Part shown: in pieces, positions 29,320 to 39,851 of the stretch | Layout of the letters: every line of letters begins with the position of its first letter | Numbering within the stretch: the first letter of the stretch is position 1 | Assembly (NCBI GenBank): GCA_017446765.1 | Contig: JAFSQD010000027.1 | Coordinates: 2,772-66,771 of the forward strand | DNA length: 64,000 nucleotides | DNA from: Alloprevotella sp. | Lineage (GTDB): Bacteria > Bacteroidota > Bacteroidia > Bacteroidales > Bacteroidaceae | Direction of reading: 5' to 3' | Translations under genes and position numbers: made by a program | Notes under the pieces: model-generated | What the model was told of the DNA's origin: nothing | Databases searched by the model: none | What the model saw: only the letters and a program-made list of their open reading frames with translations

Positions 29320-29715
29320 ATGGGCGCACGAAACATGCTAAAACGCTATCCACTGACGCTCTGTTGCATAGCCCTCATCTGGCTGCTGTGCTTCTGCCAT
29401 CCACCCCAGACAAAGTTGGACGGATTTAGCGGCATTGACAAGTTGGTCCATGTGGGTATGTACCTCGTCACAAGCCTTGTCATGTGGTGGGAATACAGCC
29501 GTTCTCACACGCGCCTGCATTGGGCGCACACACTCGCGTGGCTTGTCCTGCTTCCAGCATCCATGAGTGCCGTGATAGAACTGTTGCAAGAATACGCCAC
29601 CTCCCACCGTGGAGGCGACTGGTTGGACTTCGTCGCCAACAGCACGGGCATAGCATTGGCTGCACTCATTGGGCGATGCATCATATGGCCCTCTCAAAAC
29701 AGACGTAACGCATGA
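29320..29715 (+). CDS. VanZ family membrane protein
   Basis: DKLVHVGMY, IELLQEY, RGGDWLDFVANSTG. Start 29320 or 29335. Confidence 0.85.
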   Translation: MGARNMLKRYPLTLCCIALIWLLCFCHPPQTKLDGFSGIDKLVHVGMYLVTSLVMWWEYSRSHTRLHWAHTLAWLVLLPASMSAVIELLQEYATSHRGGDWLDFVANSTGIALAALIGRCIIWPSQNRRNA

Positions 29716-30488
29716 CGACAGACAACGAATCACCTCGCGCGACCCGCTATGTCCGCCTCTCGGACACAGACCTGAGCTTTGCCTACCATAGCGGGCGGAG
29801 CGGTGATGTCGTGCAGTTTGCCCCATGGCAGGTACGGCAGCACACATCGCTCAGCGTGAACCTCCGCGAGGCTCGCGACACGGAAGCGCTCCTGTCCCTC
29901 ATGGCACCTCGCACAGAGGTACTCCTGAGCACAGCCGTCACTGTGGTGCCTCTGGCCGATTTTACAGAAGAGACGTGCGAATCCCTGCTGCGTTTCGTCA
30001 TGCCCGAGAAGGCAGGCGAGCGCGTGTTCTACGACACGTTGCCGGCGGCCAACTGCGTACTCATCTATTCCATGGCTGAAGATACGTGCCAAGCCCTGGA
30101 GGAATCCTTCGGCGAAGTTCACTTCTCTGCATGCCTGACCCACGTGCTGCGCCACCATGCCCGCACCTGCCTTCAGGAGGACGGACGCCGCCGCATGCTC
30201 ATCCACCTCCACGAAACGGCGGCCGACATTGCCGTATTCGAGGGACTGCGCCTCCTCGCCGTGAACACCTTTGAGGTGAGACAAGCATCGGATGTAGCCT
30301 ATTTCGCATACCATCTCGCATCCACACTGGGCCTTGATGCGCACCGCGACTCCATTGACCTATGTGGCAACGACACCCTCACGGAGGAAGCCTTGCGCAC
30401 CATCCGACTTTTCAGCCCCCAAGCCTCCCCAAAAGAGCAGTCTGGCAACATGCCTTTTGACCTGGCCTGTGCCACTGCCTCGGTATAA
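29712..30488 (+). CDS. DUF3822 family protein
   Basis: SLSVNLREA, TVVP...F, LLAVNTF...DVAYF; position next to rsmD as usual in Bacteroidales. Confidence 0.7.
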   Translation: MTTDNESPRATRYVRLSDTDLSFAYHSGRSGDVVQFAPWQVRQHTSLSVNLREARDTEALLSLMAPRTEVLLSTAVTVVPLADFTEETCESLLRFVMPEKAGERVFYDTLPAANCVLIYSMAEDTCQALEESFGEVHFSACLTHVLRHHARTCLQEDGRRRMLIHLHETAADIAVFEGLRLLAVNTFEVRQASDVAYFAYHLASTLGLDAHRDSIDLCGNDTLTEEALRTIRLFSPQASPKEQSGNMPFDLACATASV

Positions 30489-30505
30489 GTTCCATTTCGA
30501 CTCCC

Positions 30506-31063
30506 ATGCGCGTCATCACAGGAAAATACAAAGGCCGCCATTTTCAGGTGCCACGGACGTTCAAGGCACGGCCGACGACGGATTTTGCAAAGGAGAACCT
30601 CTTCAATGTCCTACGAGCCTACGTGGACTTTGAACACACACGCGCCATAGACCTCTTTGCAGGTACAGGCAGCATTACGCTGGAACTGCTCTCACGAGGC
30701 TGCCAGGAAGTAATAAGCGTGGAGCGCGACCGCCAGCATGCGGCCTTCATACGCAGTTTTCTGCGAGAACTGGATGAAACAGCGGCGACGCTCCTCTGCA
30801 CGGATGCCCTACGCTACATCGAACGTGCTACACCCAGTGCTGACCTTGTGTTTGCCGACCCTCCCTATGCGCTGCCAGAACTTCCGGAACTGCCGCACCG
30901 CATCCTTGCCGGAGGACTCTTGCGCGAGGGTGGACTACTCGTTCTGGAACATGGCGACCGTCAGGACTTCTCCACACGAGAAGACTTTCTGGAACACCGT
31001 GCCTACGGCTCGGTAAACTTCTCTTTCTTCCGAAAGCAAACATCAACAACCATCCATATATGA
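30506..31063 (+). CDS. rsmD: 16S rRNA m2G966 methyltransferase RsmD family
   Basis: MRVITGKYKG, RPTTDFAKENLFN, DLFAGTGS, FADPPY, YGSVNF. Confidence 0.92.
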   Translation: MRVITGKYKGRHFQVPRTFKARPTTDFAKENLFNVLRAYVDFEHTRAIDLFAGTGSITLELLSRGCQEVISVERDRQHAAFIRSFLRELDETAATLLCTDALRYIERATPSADLVFADPPYALPELPELPHRILAGGLLREGGLLVLEHGDRQDFSTREDFLEHRAYGSVNFSFFRKQTSTTIHI

Positions 31064-31656
31064 ACGACATCAGACCCATCCGCAACGCCCTCGTATCCGT
31101 CTATCACAAGGACGGACTCGACGACCTCCTACAGATGCTCCATCAGAATGGCACGCGGCTCCTCTCCACAGGCGGAACGCATGCCCATATTGAGAGCATC
31201 GGCCTACCCTGTCAGCGCGTGGAAGACCTCACGACCTACCCCTCCATCCTCGGCGGACGCGTCAAGACACTCCACCCGAAAGTGTTCGGCGGCATCCTGG
31301 GACGCCGCGAGCTACTTGAGGACCAGGCAGAGATGACAAAATATGCCATTCCTCCCATAGACCTCGTCATTGTGGATCTCTACCCCTTTGAAGAGACTGT
31401 CAACAATGGAGCCTCCGAGGCAGATATCATTGAAAAGATTGACATCGGCGGCATCAGTCTCATCCGCGCGGCGGCAAAGAACTTTCACAACGTCGTCATC
31501 ATTCCTTCGCGCGACGACTACGCCACACTCACAGATATCCTACGCCTGCGCGGAGCAAAGACCTCACTGGAAGAGCGCCGTGCCTTGGCCCTGCGTGCCT
31601 TCAGCGTCAGCAGCCGCTACGACACGGCTATCCGCACGTGGTTTGAAAGCAAATAA
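31060..31656 (+). CDS. purH: Stand-alone IMP cyclohydrolase (PurH N-terminal MGS-like domain only)
   Basis: ALVSVYHKDGL, STGGT, GGRVKTLHP, DLYPF, IDIGGISLIRAAAKN. Ends at 198 aa with no AICAR transformylase domain. Confidence 0.85.
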   Translation: MNDIRPIRNALVSVYHKDGLDDLLQMLHQNGTRLLSTGGTHAHIESIGLPCQRVEDLTTYPSILGGRVKTLHPKVFGGILGRRELLEDQAEMTKYAIPPIDLVIVDLYPFEETVNNGASEADIIEKIDIGGISLIRAAAKNFHNVVIIPSRDDYATLTDILRLRGAKTSLEERRALALRAFSVSSRYDTAIRTWFESK

Positions 31657-31694
31657 CAATCACACATATTCAAGAAACACGAAATACAAAAGCT

Positions 31695-32732
31695 ATGAAT
31701 TTCCTCAGAAGCTTCTTTTCCTTCAAACAAGAACTTGCGATGGATCTCGGAACGGCCAACACGCTCATCCTCAGCGATGGCGAGATTGTTGTCAACGAGC
31801 CCTCCTTCGTGGCCACTGAGGCATTGACCGACAAACTGCTGGCAGTGGGCATCAAGGCCAAGCAGATGTATGGCAAGACGCCTCCCCAAATAAAAGTAGT
31901 GCGTCCCCTACGCGACGGTGTCATCGCCGATTTCAATGCGTGCGAGCAAATGATGCGTGGCCTCATTCACATGGTGCATCCCGGACGCCGCCTCTTCTCG
32001 CCCCAGATGCGCATGGTCATCGGCGTACCCAGCGGATCGACAGAAGTAGAGTTGCGTGCTGTTCGCGACAGTGCCGAACATGCCGGCGGACGTGACGTCT
32101 ACCTCATCTATGAACCCATGGCCGCAGCTATTGGTTGCGGCATCGATGTAAACCAGCCTGACGGAAACATGATTGTAGACATAGGCGGCGGCACCACGGA
32201 AATCGCCGTCATCTCCTTGGGCAACATCGTGTCAAACAACTCCATCAAGGTGGCTGGCGACGACCTCACCGACGACATCCAGCAGTACATGAGCCGTCAG
32301 CATAATGTCAAAATCGACGAGCGCATGGCCGAAAGCATCAAAATTAACGTAGGTTCGGCACTCACAGACCTGGGCGAAGCGCAAGGACCCGAGGACTACA
32401 TCGTCCATGGCCCAAACAAGATCACGTCGCTACCTATGGAGGTGCCTGTATGCTACCAGGAAATAGCCCACTGCCTCGACAAAAGCATTGCCCGCATAGA
32501 GCAAGCTGTCATCAGTGCCCTTGAGCTTACACCTCCGGGCCTCTACGCCGACATCGTTCGCAACGGCATCTACCTTACGGGGGGCGGAGCCTTGCTACGA
32601 GGACTGGCAAAGCGTCTATCGGACAAGATTAACATACGCTTCATCGTGGCAGACGATCCCCTGCTCTGCGTAGCAAAAGGTACAAGCATTGCACTGGAAA
32701 ACGTCGACGACTTTACGTGCCTCATGAAGTAA
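31695..32732 (+). CDS. mreB: Rod shape-determining protein MreB
   Basis: DLGTANTL, RPLRDGVIADF, EPMAAAIG, DIGGGTTE, LTGGGALL. Confidence 0.97.
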   Translation: MNFLRSFFSFKQELAMDLGTANTLILSDGEIVVNEPSFVATEALTDKLLAVGIKAKQMYGKTPPQIKVVRPLRDGVIADFNACEQMMRGLIHMVHPGRRLFSPQMRMVIGVPSGSTEVELRAVRDSAEHAGGRDVYLIYEPMAAAIGCGIDVNQPDGNMIVDIGGGTTEIAVISLGNIVSNNSIKVAGDDLTDDIQQYMSRQHNVKIDERMAESIKINVGSALTDLGEAQGPEDYIVHGPNKITSLPMEVPVCYQEIAHCLDKSIARIEQAVISALELTPPGLYADIVRNGIYLTGGGALLRGLAKRLSDKINIRFIVADDPLLCVAKGTSIALENVDDFTCLMK

Positions 32733-32741
32733 CCTCCCGCG

Positions 32742-33599
32742 ATGCGCACAATCCTGGAGTTCCTCCGTCGCTACAACTATCTCTTCCTGTTTCTCGTGCT
32801 TGAGGCAGTCAGCTTCACGCTCCTCTTTCGCTTTAACAGCTATCAGGGGAATGTATGGCTCACTGCAGCTGGTCGGGTGACAGCTCGCCTCAATGCACTC
32901 TATGGCGAAGGAGAGTCCTACCTAAATTTGCGCTATGTCAACAGCGACCTCGTGCGCCGCAATATCTTGCTACAACAACAGAACGAGAAGCTCCGCGAAG
33001 CCCTTGCCAAAAAGGGGGGGGCATCCCACTTCACCGACTCTCTGACACAGCAGGCTGCTGCAGACCTATCAATGACGGCGGCCAATGTCGTGAGTAGCAT
33101 CACGCAACGGCGCAACAACTATATTGTTGTCAATCGTGGCACAGCCGACGGCATCCGTCCCGAACAAGGTGTCGTAGGTGGACAAGGCGTTGTGGGTATT
33201 GTCTACCTCTGCGAAGAGCACAACAGCCTTGTCATTCCCCTAACCAACCGCCGCTCAAACCTGAGTTGTCGCGTACGCGGAGGAAACTATTTCGGCTCGC
33301 TGACATGGGACGGGAAGGACTTGCGCTATGCCACGCTTGACGACATACCACGCTATGCAAAAGTAAAGAAGGACGACATCGTTGAGACTAGCGGTTTCAG
33401 CGCCGTTTTCCCACCCGGCCTTTTCGTAGGTCGCGTGACTGAAGTCAGAAATTCCTCCGACGGACAAAGCTACACTCTCATCGTACATCTCGGAGCTGAC
33501 TTCTCCACACTGCGCGACGTCAACATAATCTCCACTTCCTACAAAGCTGAGACTGATTCGCTGCGCCAGCGCGCCGCGCAACTTGAGCCCGACCTCTGA
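32742..33599 (+). CDS. mreC: Rod shape-determining protein MreC
   Basis: N-terminal TM, coiled coil, NRGTADGI, GVVGIV, ETSGFSAVFPPG; operon position. Confidence 0.92.
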   Translation: MRTILEFLRRYNYLFLFLVLEAVSFTLLFRFNSYQGNVWLTAAGRVTARLNALYGEGESYLNLRYVNSDLVRRNILLQQQNEKLREALAKKGGASHFTDSLTQQAAADLSMTAANVVSSITQRRNNYIVVNRGTADGIRPEQGVVGGQGVVGIVYLCEEHNSLVIPLTNRRSNLSCRVRGGNYFGSLTWDGKDLRYATLDDIPRYAKVKKDDIVETSGFSAVFPPGLFVGRVTEVRNSSDGQSYTLIVHLGADFSTLRDVNIISTSYKAETDSLRQRAAQLEPDL

Positions 33600-33638
33600 A
33601 CATCCATTTTCCACTAGCAACAGAAGACTTACCATCTC

Positions 33639-34148
33639 ATGTTACAGATTGCACTTCGCCGCCTGTTCTGGCTCATCCTCCTGCCCTTGCTGCAAGTGGT
33701 GGTGTTCAATCATGTGCACTTGTGGGGCTATGCCACCCCCATGCCCTATGTCTACGCCCTGCTAATACTTCCCGCCAGCACGCCGCGCTGGCTCTACGTT
33801 ACATTGGGCTTCACCCTGGGACTTTTTGCCGACATGGGATCAAACACGCCTGGCATCGCCGCAGCCGCTGGTACAGCCTCGGGGCTATCCATCCCATTTC
33901 TACTCCACCTTTTCGCACCCAAAGAATTTGACGACGACACCACGCTGCTGCCCAATGTGCGGACACTGGAATGGACAGGCTTTCTCAACTATGCCGCATC
34001 GGCCGTACTCATACATGTCAGTCTCTTCCACATCATTGAAGACTTCGCATTCTATTTTCCCCTCCAACTGTTGATCAACATTGTGGGCAGCACAGTCTTC
34101 ACGCTCGTATTCATCGCACTCTTTGAAGTGCTGCGAAACGAAAGATAA
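33639..34148 (+). CDS. mreD: Rod shape-determining protein MreD
   Basis: Hydrophobic; LQVVVFNHV, GFTLGLFAD, NTPGI; operon position. Confidence 0.88.
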   Translation: MLQIALRRLFWLILLPLLQVVVFNHVHLWGYATPMPYVYALLILPASTPRWLYVTLGFTLGLFADMGSNTPGIAAAAGTASGLSIPFLLHLFAPKEFDDDTTLLPNVRTLEWTGFLNYAASAVLIHVSLFHIIEDFAFYFPLQLLINIVGSTVFTLVFIALFEVLRNER

Positions 34149-34160
34149 CGTTCACCGCCC

Positions 34161-36005
34161 ATGACCACACAAGACGCTTTCAGCAACAGACGCTACGTCA
34201 TCGGCGGCATTGCCATCGGCATCATTACCATCTACATCATACGTTTGCTCACCCTACAGCTTCTGAGCGACGACTACCGAAAAAGCGCCGATTCAAACGC
34301 CTTCCGACGCGACATCCTTTATCCTTCACGCGGACTCATCACAGACCGCAACGATTCCCTACTGGTCTACAACGAGCCTTCCTACAATATCCTCGTAACG
34401 ATGAACGACCAGATAGGACTTGACACACTGGCATTCTGCGAAACGGTGGGCATCACCGTAGATGACTACGTGGCACGCTGCAAACAAATCAAAGAGCAGA
34501 AAGGCTACAGCCGCTTCAAACCTCAACTCTTCATGACGCAGATACCGAAGGAAGAGTTTCTCCTCTTTCGTGAAAAGTTGTTCCGCTTCAAAGGATTTGA
34601 CATAGAGAAGCGCACGCAAAGACGATATGCCACCAACCTGGCTGCCCATATTCTGGGCGACGTGGGAGAAGTTAGCGAAAAAGACATCGCCGATGCAGAA
34701 GACGGATACTACAAGAGCGGCGACTTCATTGGAAAACTGGGCGTAGAACGCTCCTATGAAAAGCAACTCCGAGGAGAAAAAGGCCTACGCATCCTCCTGC
34801 GTGACGTCCACGGGCGCATCAAAGGTCACTACCGCAATGGCGAGTTTGACAAAGCACCCATTCCAGGAAAAAACCTCACGCTATCAATAGACATGAGGTT
34901 GCAAGCTCTCGCCGAACGTCTCCTGGAAGGGAAACTCGGTGCTATCGTGGCCATAGAACCCTCCACGGGGGAAATACTCTGTATGGCTTCAGGGCCCACC
35001 TACGACCCACGCCTCATGACTGGACGCGAACGCAGTGAATTGCACAAGCAACTGATGGCCGACCCCATGAAGCCAATGCTCAATCGTGCCATCATGGGCA
35101 TGTACCCTCCAGGCTCCACATTTAAAATCACACAGGCGCTCATCGGCTTACAGGAAGGCATAATCACGCCCGAGACTGCATTTCCATGTGCACGGGGATT
35201 CAACTATAAAGGCATGCACCTGGGGTGCCATGGCCATGGCTCGCCTATCCCGCTCGTGCCCGCTATCGGCACATCCTGCAACGCCTATTTCTGCTGGACC
35301 CTCAACAACATGCTTGCCAACCGCAAGAAGTATCATTCGCAGGACGAAGCCATGACACGATGGAAAGACTTTATGGTCAGCATGGGCTACGGCTATCGCC
35401 TCGGCGTTGACCTTCCAGGCGAAAAGCGAGGCATGATTCCTAATGCAGAGTACTACAACAAGCGCCTCAAGAAATGGGGGCCTCTCTCCGTAATCTCAAT
35501 ATCCATCGGACAAGGTGAAGTGACCGCCACGCCCCTCCAGATATGCAACCTGGCTGCCACAGTAGCCAACCGAGGCTACTACATCGTACCCCACGTGGTC
35601 CACAGTATCCAGAATGGCACACTCGACACCATCTACACTACAAAGCACTATACAATGGCCGAACGGAGATGGTACGAGGTGGCCGTCGCAGGCATGCGAC
35701 GTGCCGTCACCGGTGGAACTTGCCACGGTGCTGCCATTCCCGGCTATGAAGTATGCGGCAAGACAGGTACGGCACAGAACCGAGGTCACGACCACTCGGC
35801 CTTCATGGGCTTTGCTCCGATGGAACAGCCGCGCATCGCCGTGGCTGTATACATTGAGAACGGCGGTTTTGGAGCCACCTTTGGAGTCCCCATCGGCAAA
35901 CTCATCATGGAACAATACCTCAACGGACAGCTCGCTCCAGGCAGTGAGGCACAAGCTGCGAGCCTGCAAAGCCGTCACATCAATTACAGAGGATATGAGA
36001 GATAG
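34161..36005 (+). CDS. mrdA: Penicillin-binding protein 2
   Basis: PSRGLITDRN, YPPGSTFK (SxxK), SCN (SxN), KTGTAQN. Confidence 0.95.
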   Translation: MTTQDAFSNRRYVIGGIAIGIITIYIIRLLTLQLLSDDYRKSADSNAFRRDILYPSRGLITDRNDSLLVYNEPSYNILVTMNDQIGLDTLAFCETVGITVDDYVARCKQIKEQKGYSRFKPQLFMTQIPKEEFLLFREKLFRFKGFDIEKRTQRRYATNLAAHILGDVGEVSEKDIADAEDGYYKSGDFIGKLGVERSYEKQLRGEKGLRILLRDVHGRIKGHYRNGEFDKAPIPGKNLTLSIDMRLQALAERLLEGKLGAIVAIEPSTGEILCMASGPTYDPRLMTGRERSELHKQLMADPMKPMLNRAIMGMYPPGSTFKITQALIGLQEGIITPETAFPCARGFNYKGMHLGCHGHGSPIPLVPAIGTSCNAYFCWTLNNMLANRKKYHSQDEAMTRWKDFMVSMGYGYRLGVDLPGEKRGMIPNAEYYNKRLKKWGPLSVISISIGQGEVTATPLQICNLAATVANRGYYIVPHVVHSIQNGTLDTIYTTKHYTMAERRWYEVAVAGMRRAVTGGTCHGAAIPGYEVCGKTGTAQNRGHDHSAFMGFAPMEQPRIAVAVYIENGGFGATFGVPIGKLIMEQYLNGQLAPGSEAQAASLQSRHINYRGYER

Positions 36006-37458
36006 GCTGCGCCACGAGAATCCTGCATTCCGCGCCGACTGGGTAATAATCATGCTCTACCTGCTACTTATTTGTGCGGGATGGGTGAGCATCTGCGGAG
36101 CCAGCCACGAAATCGGCGACACAGATTTCTTTTCCTGGGGAACACGCTCAGGAAAGCAACTCGTGTGGATGGGTTGCTCGCTGGGTCTGGGACTTTTCCT
36201 ACTGATGATTGACGAGAAGTATTTCGACCTCTTTGCCGAAGTATTCTACTACCTGATGCTCATCGTACTCATCATCACGCCCTTCATTGCCAAGGACATC
36301 AAAGGGTCGCGCTCGTGGATTAGCCTGGGCTCCGTGAGCCTTCAGCCAGCCGAATTTGCAAAATGTGCCACAGCCCTCGTCGTGGCAAAACTCGTGGGTC
36401 AATATGGATTCATGTTGTCCGACATGCGCAACTTGCTGAAAGCCGTTGGTTTTGTTCTACTTCCCTTAGGCCTCATCGTGATGCAGAAGGAAACTGGAGG
36501 AGCATTGGTTTTTCTGAGTTTTTTTCTCATGTTTTACCGCGAAGGCATGCCAGGTGCCATACTCTTCACAGCTGCAGCTGCAGTTGTCTATTTCGTAGTG
36601 GGAATCCGTTTTTCTGAGGAAATTTTCCCTGGGACAAGTGCTGTGAGCGGCCAATTCATGGTTCTCCTTATCATCTGGTTGTTCGTGTGCGGACTTGTGC
36701 GCGTCTACCTACCTCATACGCCCCATGCACGACGTTTGTTCTGGACGGGTCTTGCGGTGAATGCCGCTGCCTATCTCACGTCCTACTTCATCAAAAGCTA
36801 CGATGTCGTTTGGGTACAAATCGTATGGACCGTCCTGATGGCAGCCTATCTCATCTGGCACGGGCTGGGCGAGCGCCTGCGTCCTTACTATCTCATTGCT
36901 GCTTTTGGCGTGTGCAGCGCGGCCTTCCTTTTTTCGGCTGACTTTGCCCTTGACAGCCTGGCCGAACATCAACAAGGGCGCGTCAGAGTGCTACTGGGGA
37001 TGGAGGTCAAAGAAGGTCTTGACTACAATGTCCGACAAAGCAAGATTGCCATCGGATCAGGTGGCCTTGAGGGTAAGGGGTTCATGAACGGAACGCAAAC
37101 AAAGCTCAAATACGTACCCGAGCAGGAGACTGACTTCATATTCTGTACTGTCGGAGAGGAACAGGGATTCATTGGCTCAAGCCTCGTATTACTACTTTTT
37201 CTGGCTCTCATCCTACGCCTCATATGGTTGGCCGAACGACAAGATACAGCCTTTGGCCGTGTCTACGGCTACTGTGTTATGTCCATTCTGCTCTTCCACG
37301 TGTTCATCAATGTGGGTATGGTGATGGGACTGACACCTGTAATCGGCATCCCACTACCATTCTTCAGTTATGGCGGTTCATCGCTATGGGGATTCACCTT
37401 GATGCTGTTCATCTTTTTGCGCCTTGACGCAGGTTGCAAGATGCGACGCCGTCTGTGA
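35995..37458 (+). CDS. rodA: Rod shape-determining protein RodA (SEDS)
   Basis: Start reassigned to MRDRL. KGSRSW, QPAEFAK, QSKIAIGSGG, PEQETDFIF, GIPLPFFSYGGSS. Confidence 0.93.
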   Translation: MRDRLRHENPAFRADWVIIMLYLLLICAGWVSICGASHEIGDTDFFSWGTRSGKQLVWMGCSLGLGLFLLMIDEKYFDLFAEVFYYLMLIVLIITPFIAKDIKGSRSWISLGSVSLQPAEFAKCATALVVAKLVGQYGFMLSDMRNLLKAVGFVLLPLGLIVMQKETGGALVFLSFFLMFYREGMPGAILFTAAAAVVYFVVGIRFSEEIFPGTSAVSGQFMVLLIIWLFVCGLVRVYLPHTPHARRLFWTGLAVNAAAYLTSYFIKSYDVVWVQIVWTVLMAAYLIWHGLGERLRPYYLIAAFGVCSAAFLFSADFALDSLAEHQQGRVRVLLGMEVKEGLDYNVRQSKIAIGSGGLEGKGFMNGTQTKLKYVPEQETDFIFCTVGEEQGFIGSSLVLLLFLALILRLIWLAERQDTAFGRVYGYCVMSILLFHVFINVGMVMGLTPVIGIPLPFFSYGGSSLWGFTLMLFIFLRLDAGCKMRRRL

Positions 37459-37488
37459 GCAAAACTTACGCCACCTCAACAATTAAAA

Positions 37489-37992
37489 ATGGGAAAGAAA
37501 AAACCACATATCGCTAATGAGCCTGAGCCATCTGCGGCAAACATTGGCATGCGTTTGCTCATTATCGGCTTGCCGACACTGGCTCTTATTGCCATTATCG
37601 GGTTCATGAAACTAAAAAGCGACGAGCACATGCCAGCATCCGTACTTGCAGCCGTCAAGGCTCCGACATCCTCAACACCGACGGTTCCTGAGGACACGGC
37701 AAAAGCACCTATTGCCATCCCCGACACCACTATCGACCTGACCATCTTACCTGTGATCCCCGACACTCTTCCTGCCGCTCCTCCTGACAGCGTGGGAGTG
37801 GACGAGCGTTCACCCCTTACAGCGGGACATGAGGACGGACACCTTGCCGGAGCGTACGACAGAGGAGCCGGAAACGAATATGGCATTTCATACGACGACA
37901 CAAATACCTACCCTACCCCAGCAGAACAGCATGCCTATAGTGATGGTTATCGAGAAGGATATGCCGTAGGCTACCGTGAGAGCAAACTTTGA
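37489..37992 (+). CDS. Hypothetical single-TM protein with Pro-rich linker and GYxxG repeats
   Basis: N-terminal TM, Pro/Thr-rich linker, C-terminal YSDGYREGYAVGY; co-directional with flanking genes. Confidence 0.65.
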   Translation: MGKKKPHIANEPEPSAANIGMRLLIIGLPTLALIAIIGFMKLKSDEHMPASVLAAVKAPTSSTPTVPEDTAKAPIAIPDTTIDLTILPVIPDTLPAAPPDSVGVDERSPLTAGHEDGHLAGAYDRGAGNEYGISYDDTNTYPTPAEQHAYSDGYREGYAVGYRESKL

Positions 37993-38030
37993 CCTTTAAC
38001 CAGCCTCATACATAATAAGAAACTACCGCA

Positions 38031-38321
38031 ATGAAAGATTTTCCACACCATGTGCTCTTGATGGCATTCCCATGCATTATCCCCGCCGTGCTTAGCGTTT
38101 TTTTTCTCTTTGCCGTGCACCCTTTTGGTACTCCTGAATATGCCTTTCTCCGCTTTCTCCTATATATTATCACACAACTGCTGTGGATTGTCCCTATTGC
38201 GTGTTTTTTTGCAGGTCTTGACCGCTACAGAAGAGGATTCCGACGCACAGCATATGCCATTCTGACCCTTGGACTCCTATTCACGATAAGTGACATCCTG
38301 CTATTGGTACTTAAAGTTTAG
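38031..38321 (+). CDS. Small hypothetical membrane protein (about 3 TM)
   Basis: Hydrophobic 96-aa ORF filling the gap, with an A-rich upstream region. Confidence 0.65.
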   Translation: MKDFPHHVLLMAFPCIIPAVLSVFFLFAVHPFGTPEYAFLRFLLYIITQLLWIVPIACFFAGLDRYRRGFRRTAYAILTLGLLFTISDILLLVLKV

Positions 38322-38376
38322 GAAAAATGGCGACCCGACCGAAACAGACAAAACATAACAATTAATATATCAGGAA

Positions 38377-39750
38377 ATGGAAAAACGGAAAGACTTTGCC
38401 AGCAAAATGGGAATGGTGCTTGCCACTGCAGGTTCAGCCGTCGGACTGGGCAACATATGGCGATTCCCTGTGGAAGCTGGCAACAATGGTGGAGCTGCGT
38501 TTATCATCATCTACCTCCTTTGTGTGCTCACGCTGGGCATTCCTTTAATTGTCGCAGAATTTGTGGTGGGACGTGCGGCCCACACCAACACGGCACAAGC
38601 CTACAAGCGCCTCACGCGCAACACATTCTGGCAGCAAACGGGAAGACTCGGCATTATCACGGGATGGCTCATCATGGGTTATTATGTTGTCGTTTCCGGC
38701 TGGACACTTGCCTACTTTCTGAAAGCACTTGCCACGCCGCCAACAATCGCTGCCCACATAGCAAAGCAACCTGGCTATTGGTCTGATTTCTTCAACGAAT
38801 TGACATCTGACGCACTCCTCCCCGTTCTCTGTGTCATTGCTTTTGCCCTCATGTCTCATTTCATCATTGTACGTGGCGTTGAGAAAGGTATTGAGCGATT
38901 TTCAAAAGTCATGATGCCGATGCTCTTCATCCTACTCATCGTACTTTGCATTTGCTCTTTCTTCACGCCAGGGGCAAAGGAAGGCCTCACCTTCCTCTTT
39001 CGCCCCGACTTCTCCCAGGTGACTTTCGGCACATTACTCTCAGCACTTGGTCAGGCATTCTTTTCCTTGAGCATAGGTATGGGGTGCTTATGTACCTACG
39101 CCAGCTATTTCTCGCGCGACACCGACCTCCTTGGCACCGCACTGAAAGTTGCTGGCATCGACTCGCTCGTAGCCATTATGGCAGGCATCATTATCTTTCC
39201 TGCAGTGTTTTCTGTTGGCATACGTCCGGATGCGGGAGCCAGTCTCGTCTTCATTGCCCTTCCGTCCGTTTTTCAAGAAGCCTTCGGTGCTTTTCCTTGG
39301 CTGGCTTATGCTGTAAGTGTAATGTTCTATTTTCTCCTGCTGCTGGCCACGTTGACGTCGTTAGTGTCGCTCCACGAGGTTCCCACGGCCTTTCTTGCGG
39401 AGGATTTCCGTATGAAACGCCGTACGGCGACGACAATCGTTACCCTTTCTGTCATTGTCATCGGCACCTTATGCTCACTCTCCATGGGCCCTCTTGCTGA
39501 CTGGAAACTTTTCGGAAAGAGCATCTTCGATTGCCTTGATTGGGTTTCCGCCAACGTCCTTCTTGTGGTAGGTGGAGGTCTGATCACATTCTTCGTAGGA
39601 TGGAAGATGGAATCAAAGACATTGCGCGACGAACTTACAAACTACGGAAACTATCCTTACCACACCCGGAAATGGATCATCGTCCTGCTCAGGTGGTTTG
39701 TTCCCTTCGTCATCTTCCTCATCTTCCTCAGTGGAATTGGGGTGCTCTGA
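38377..39750 (+). CDS. Sodium-dependent transporter, NSS/SNF family
   Basis: AGSAVGLGNIWRFP, NGGAAF, GQAFFSLS, YASY. Confidence 0.93.
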   Translation: MEKRKDFASKMGMVLATAGSAVGLGNIWRFPVEAGNNGGAAFIIIYLLCVLTLGIPLIVAEFVVGRAAHTNTAQAYKRLTRNTFWQQTGRLGIITGWLIMGYYVVVSGWTLAYFLKALATPPTIAAHIAKQPGYWSDFFNELTSDALLPVLCVIAFALMSHFIIVRGVEKGIERFSKVMMPMLFILLIVLCICSFFTPGAKEGLTFLFRPDFSQVTFGTLLSALGQAFFSLSIGMGCLCTYASYFSRDTDLLGTALKVAGIDSLVAIMAGIIIFPAVFSVGIRPDAGASLVFIALPSVFQEAFGAFPWLAYAVSVMFYFLLLLATLTSLVSLHEVPTAFLAEDFRMKRRTATTIVTLSVIVIGTLCSLSMGPLADWKLFGKSIFDCLDWVSANVLLVVGGGLITFFVGWKMESKTLRDELTNYGNYPYHTRKWIIVLLRWFVPFVIFLIFLSGIGVL

Positions 39751-39851
39751 AAATAGGCTTATCCGTCGATATTTGGAAATAAAACCTTCCTGCAACTAAA
39801 AAAAGCGTACCTTTGCTGCGGAAATAATAAACCAAGCATACTTCCCCGACT

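Noticed and set aside
35614-35994. N-terminal extension of rodA in the ORF track
   Set aside because: Overlaps mrdA in another frame; RodA-like sequence starts at ATG 35995.
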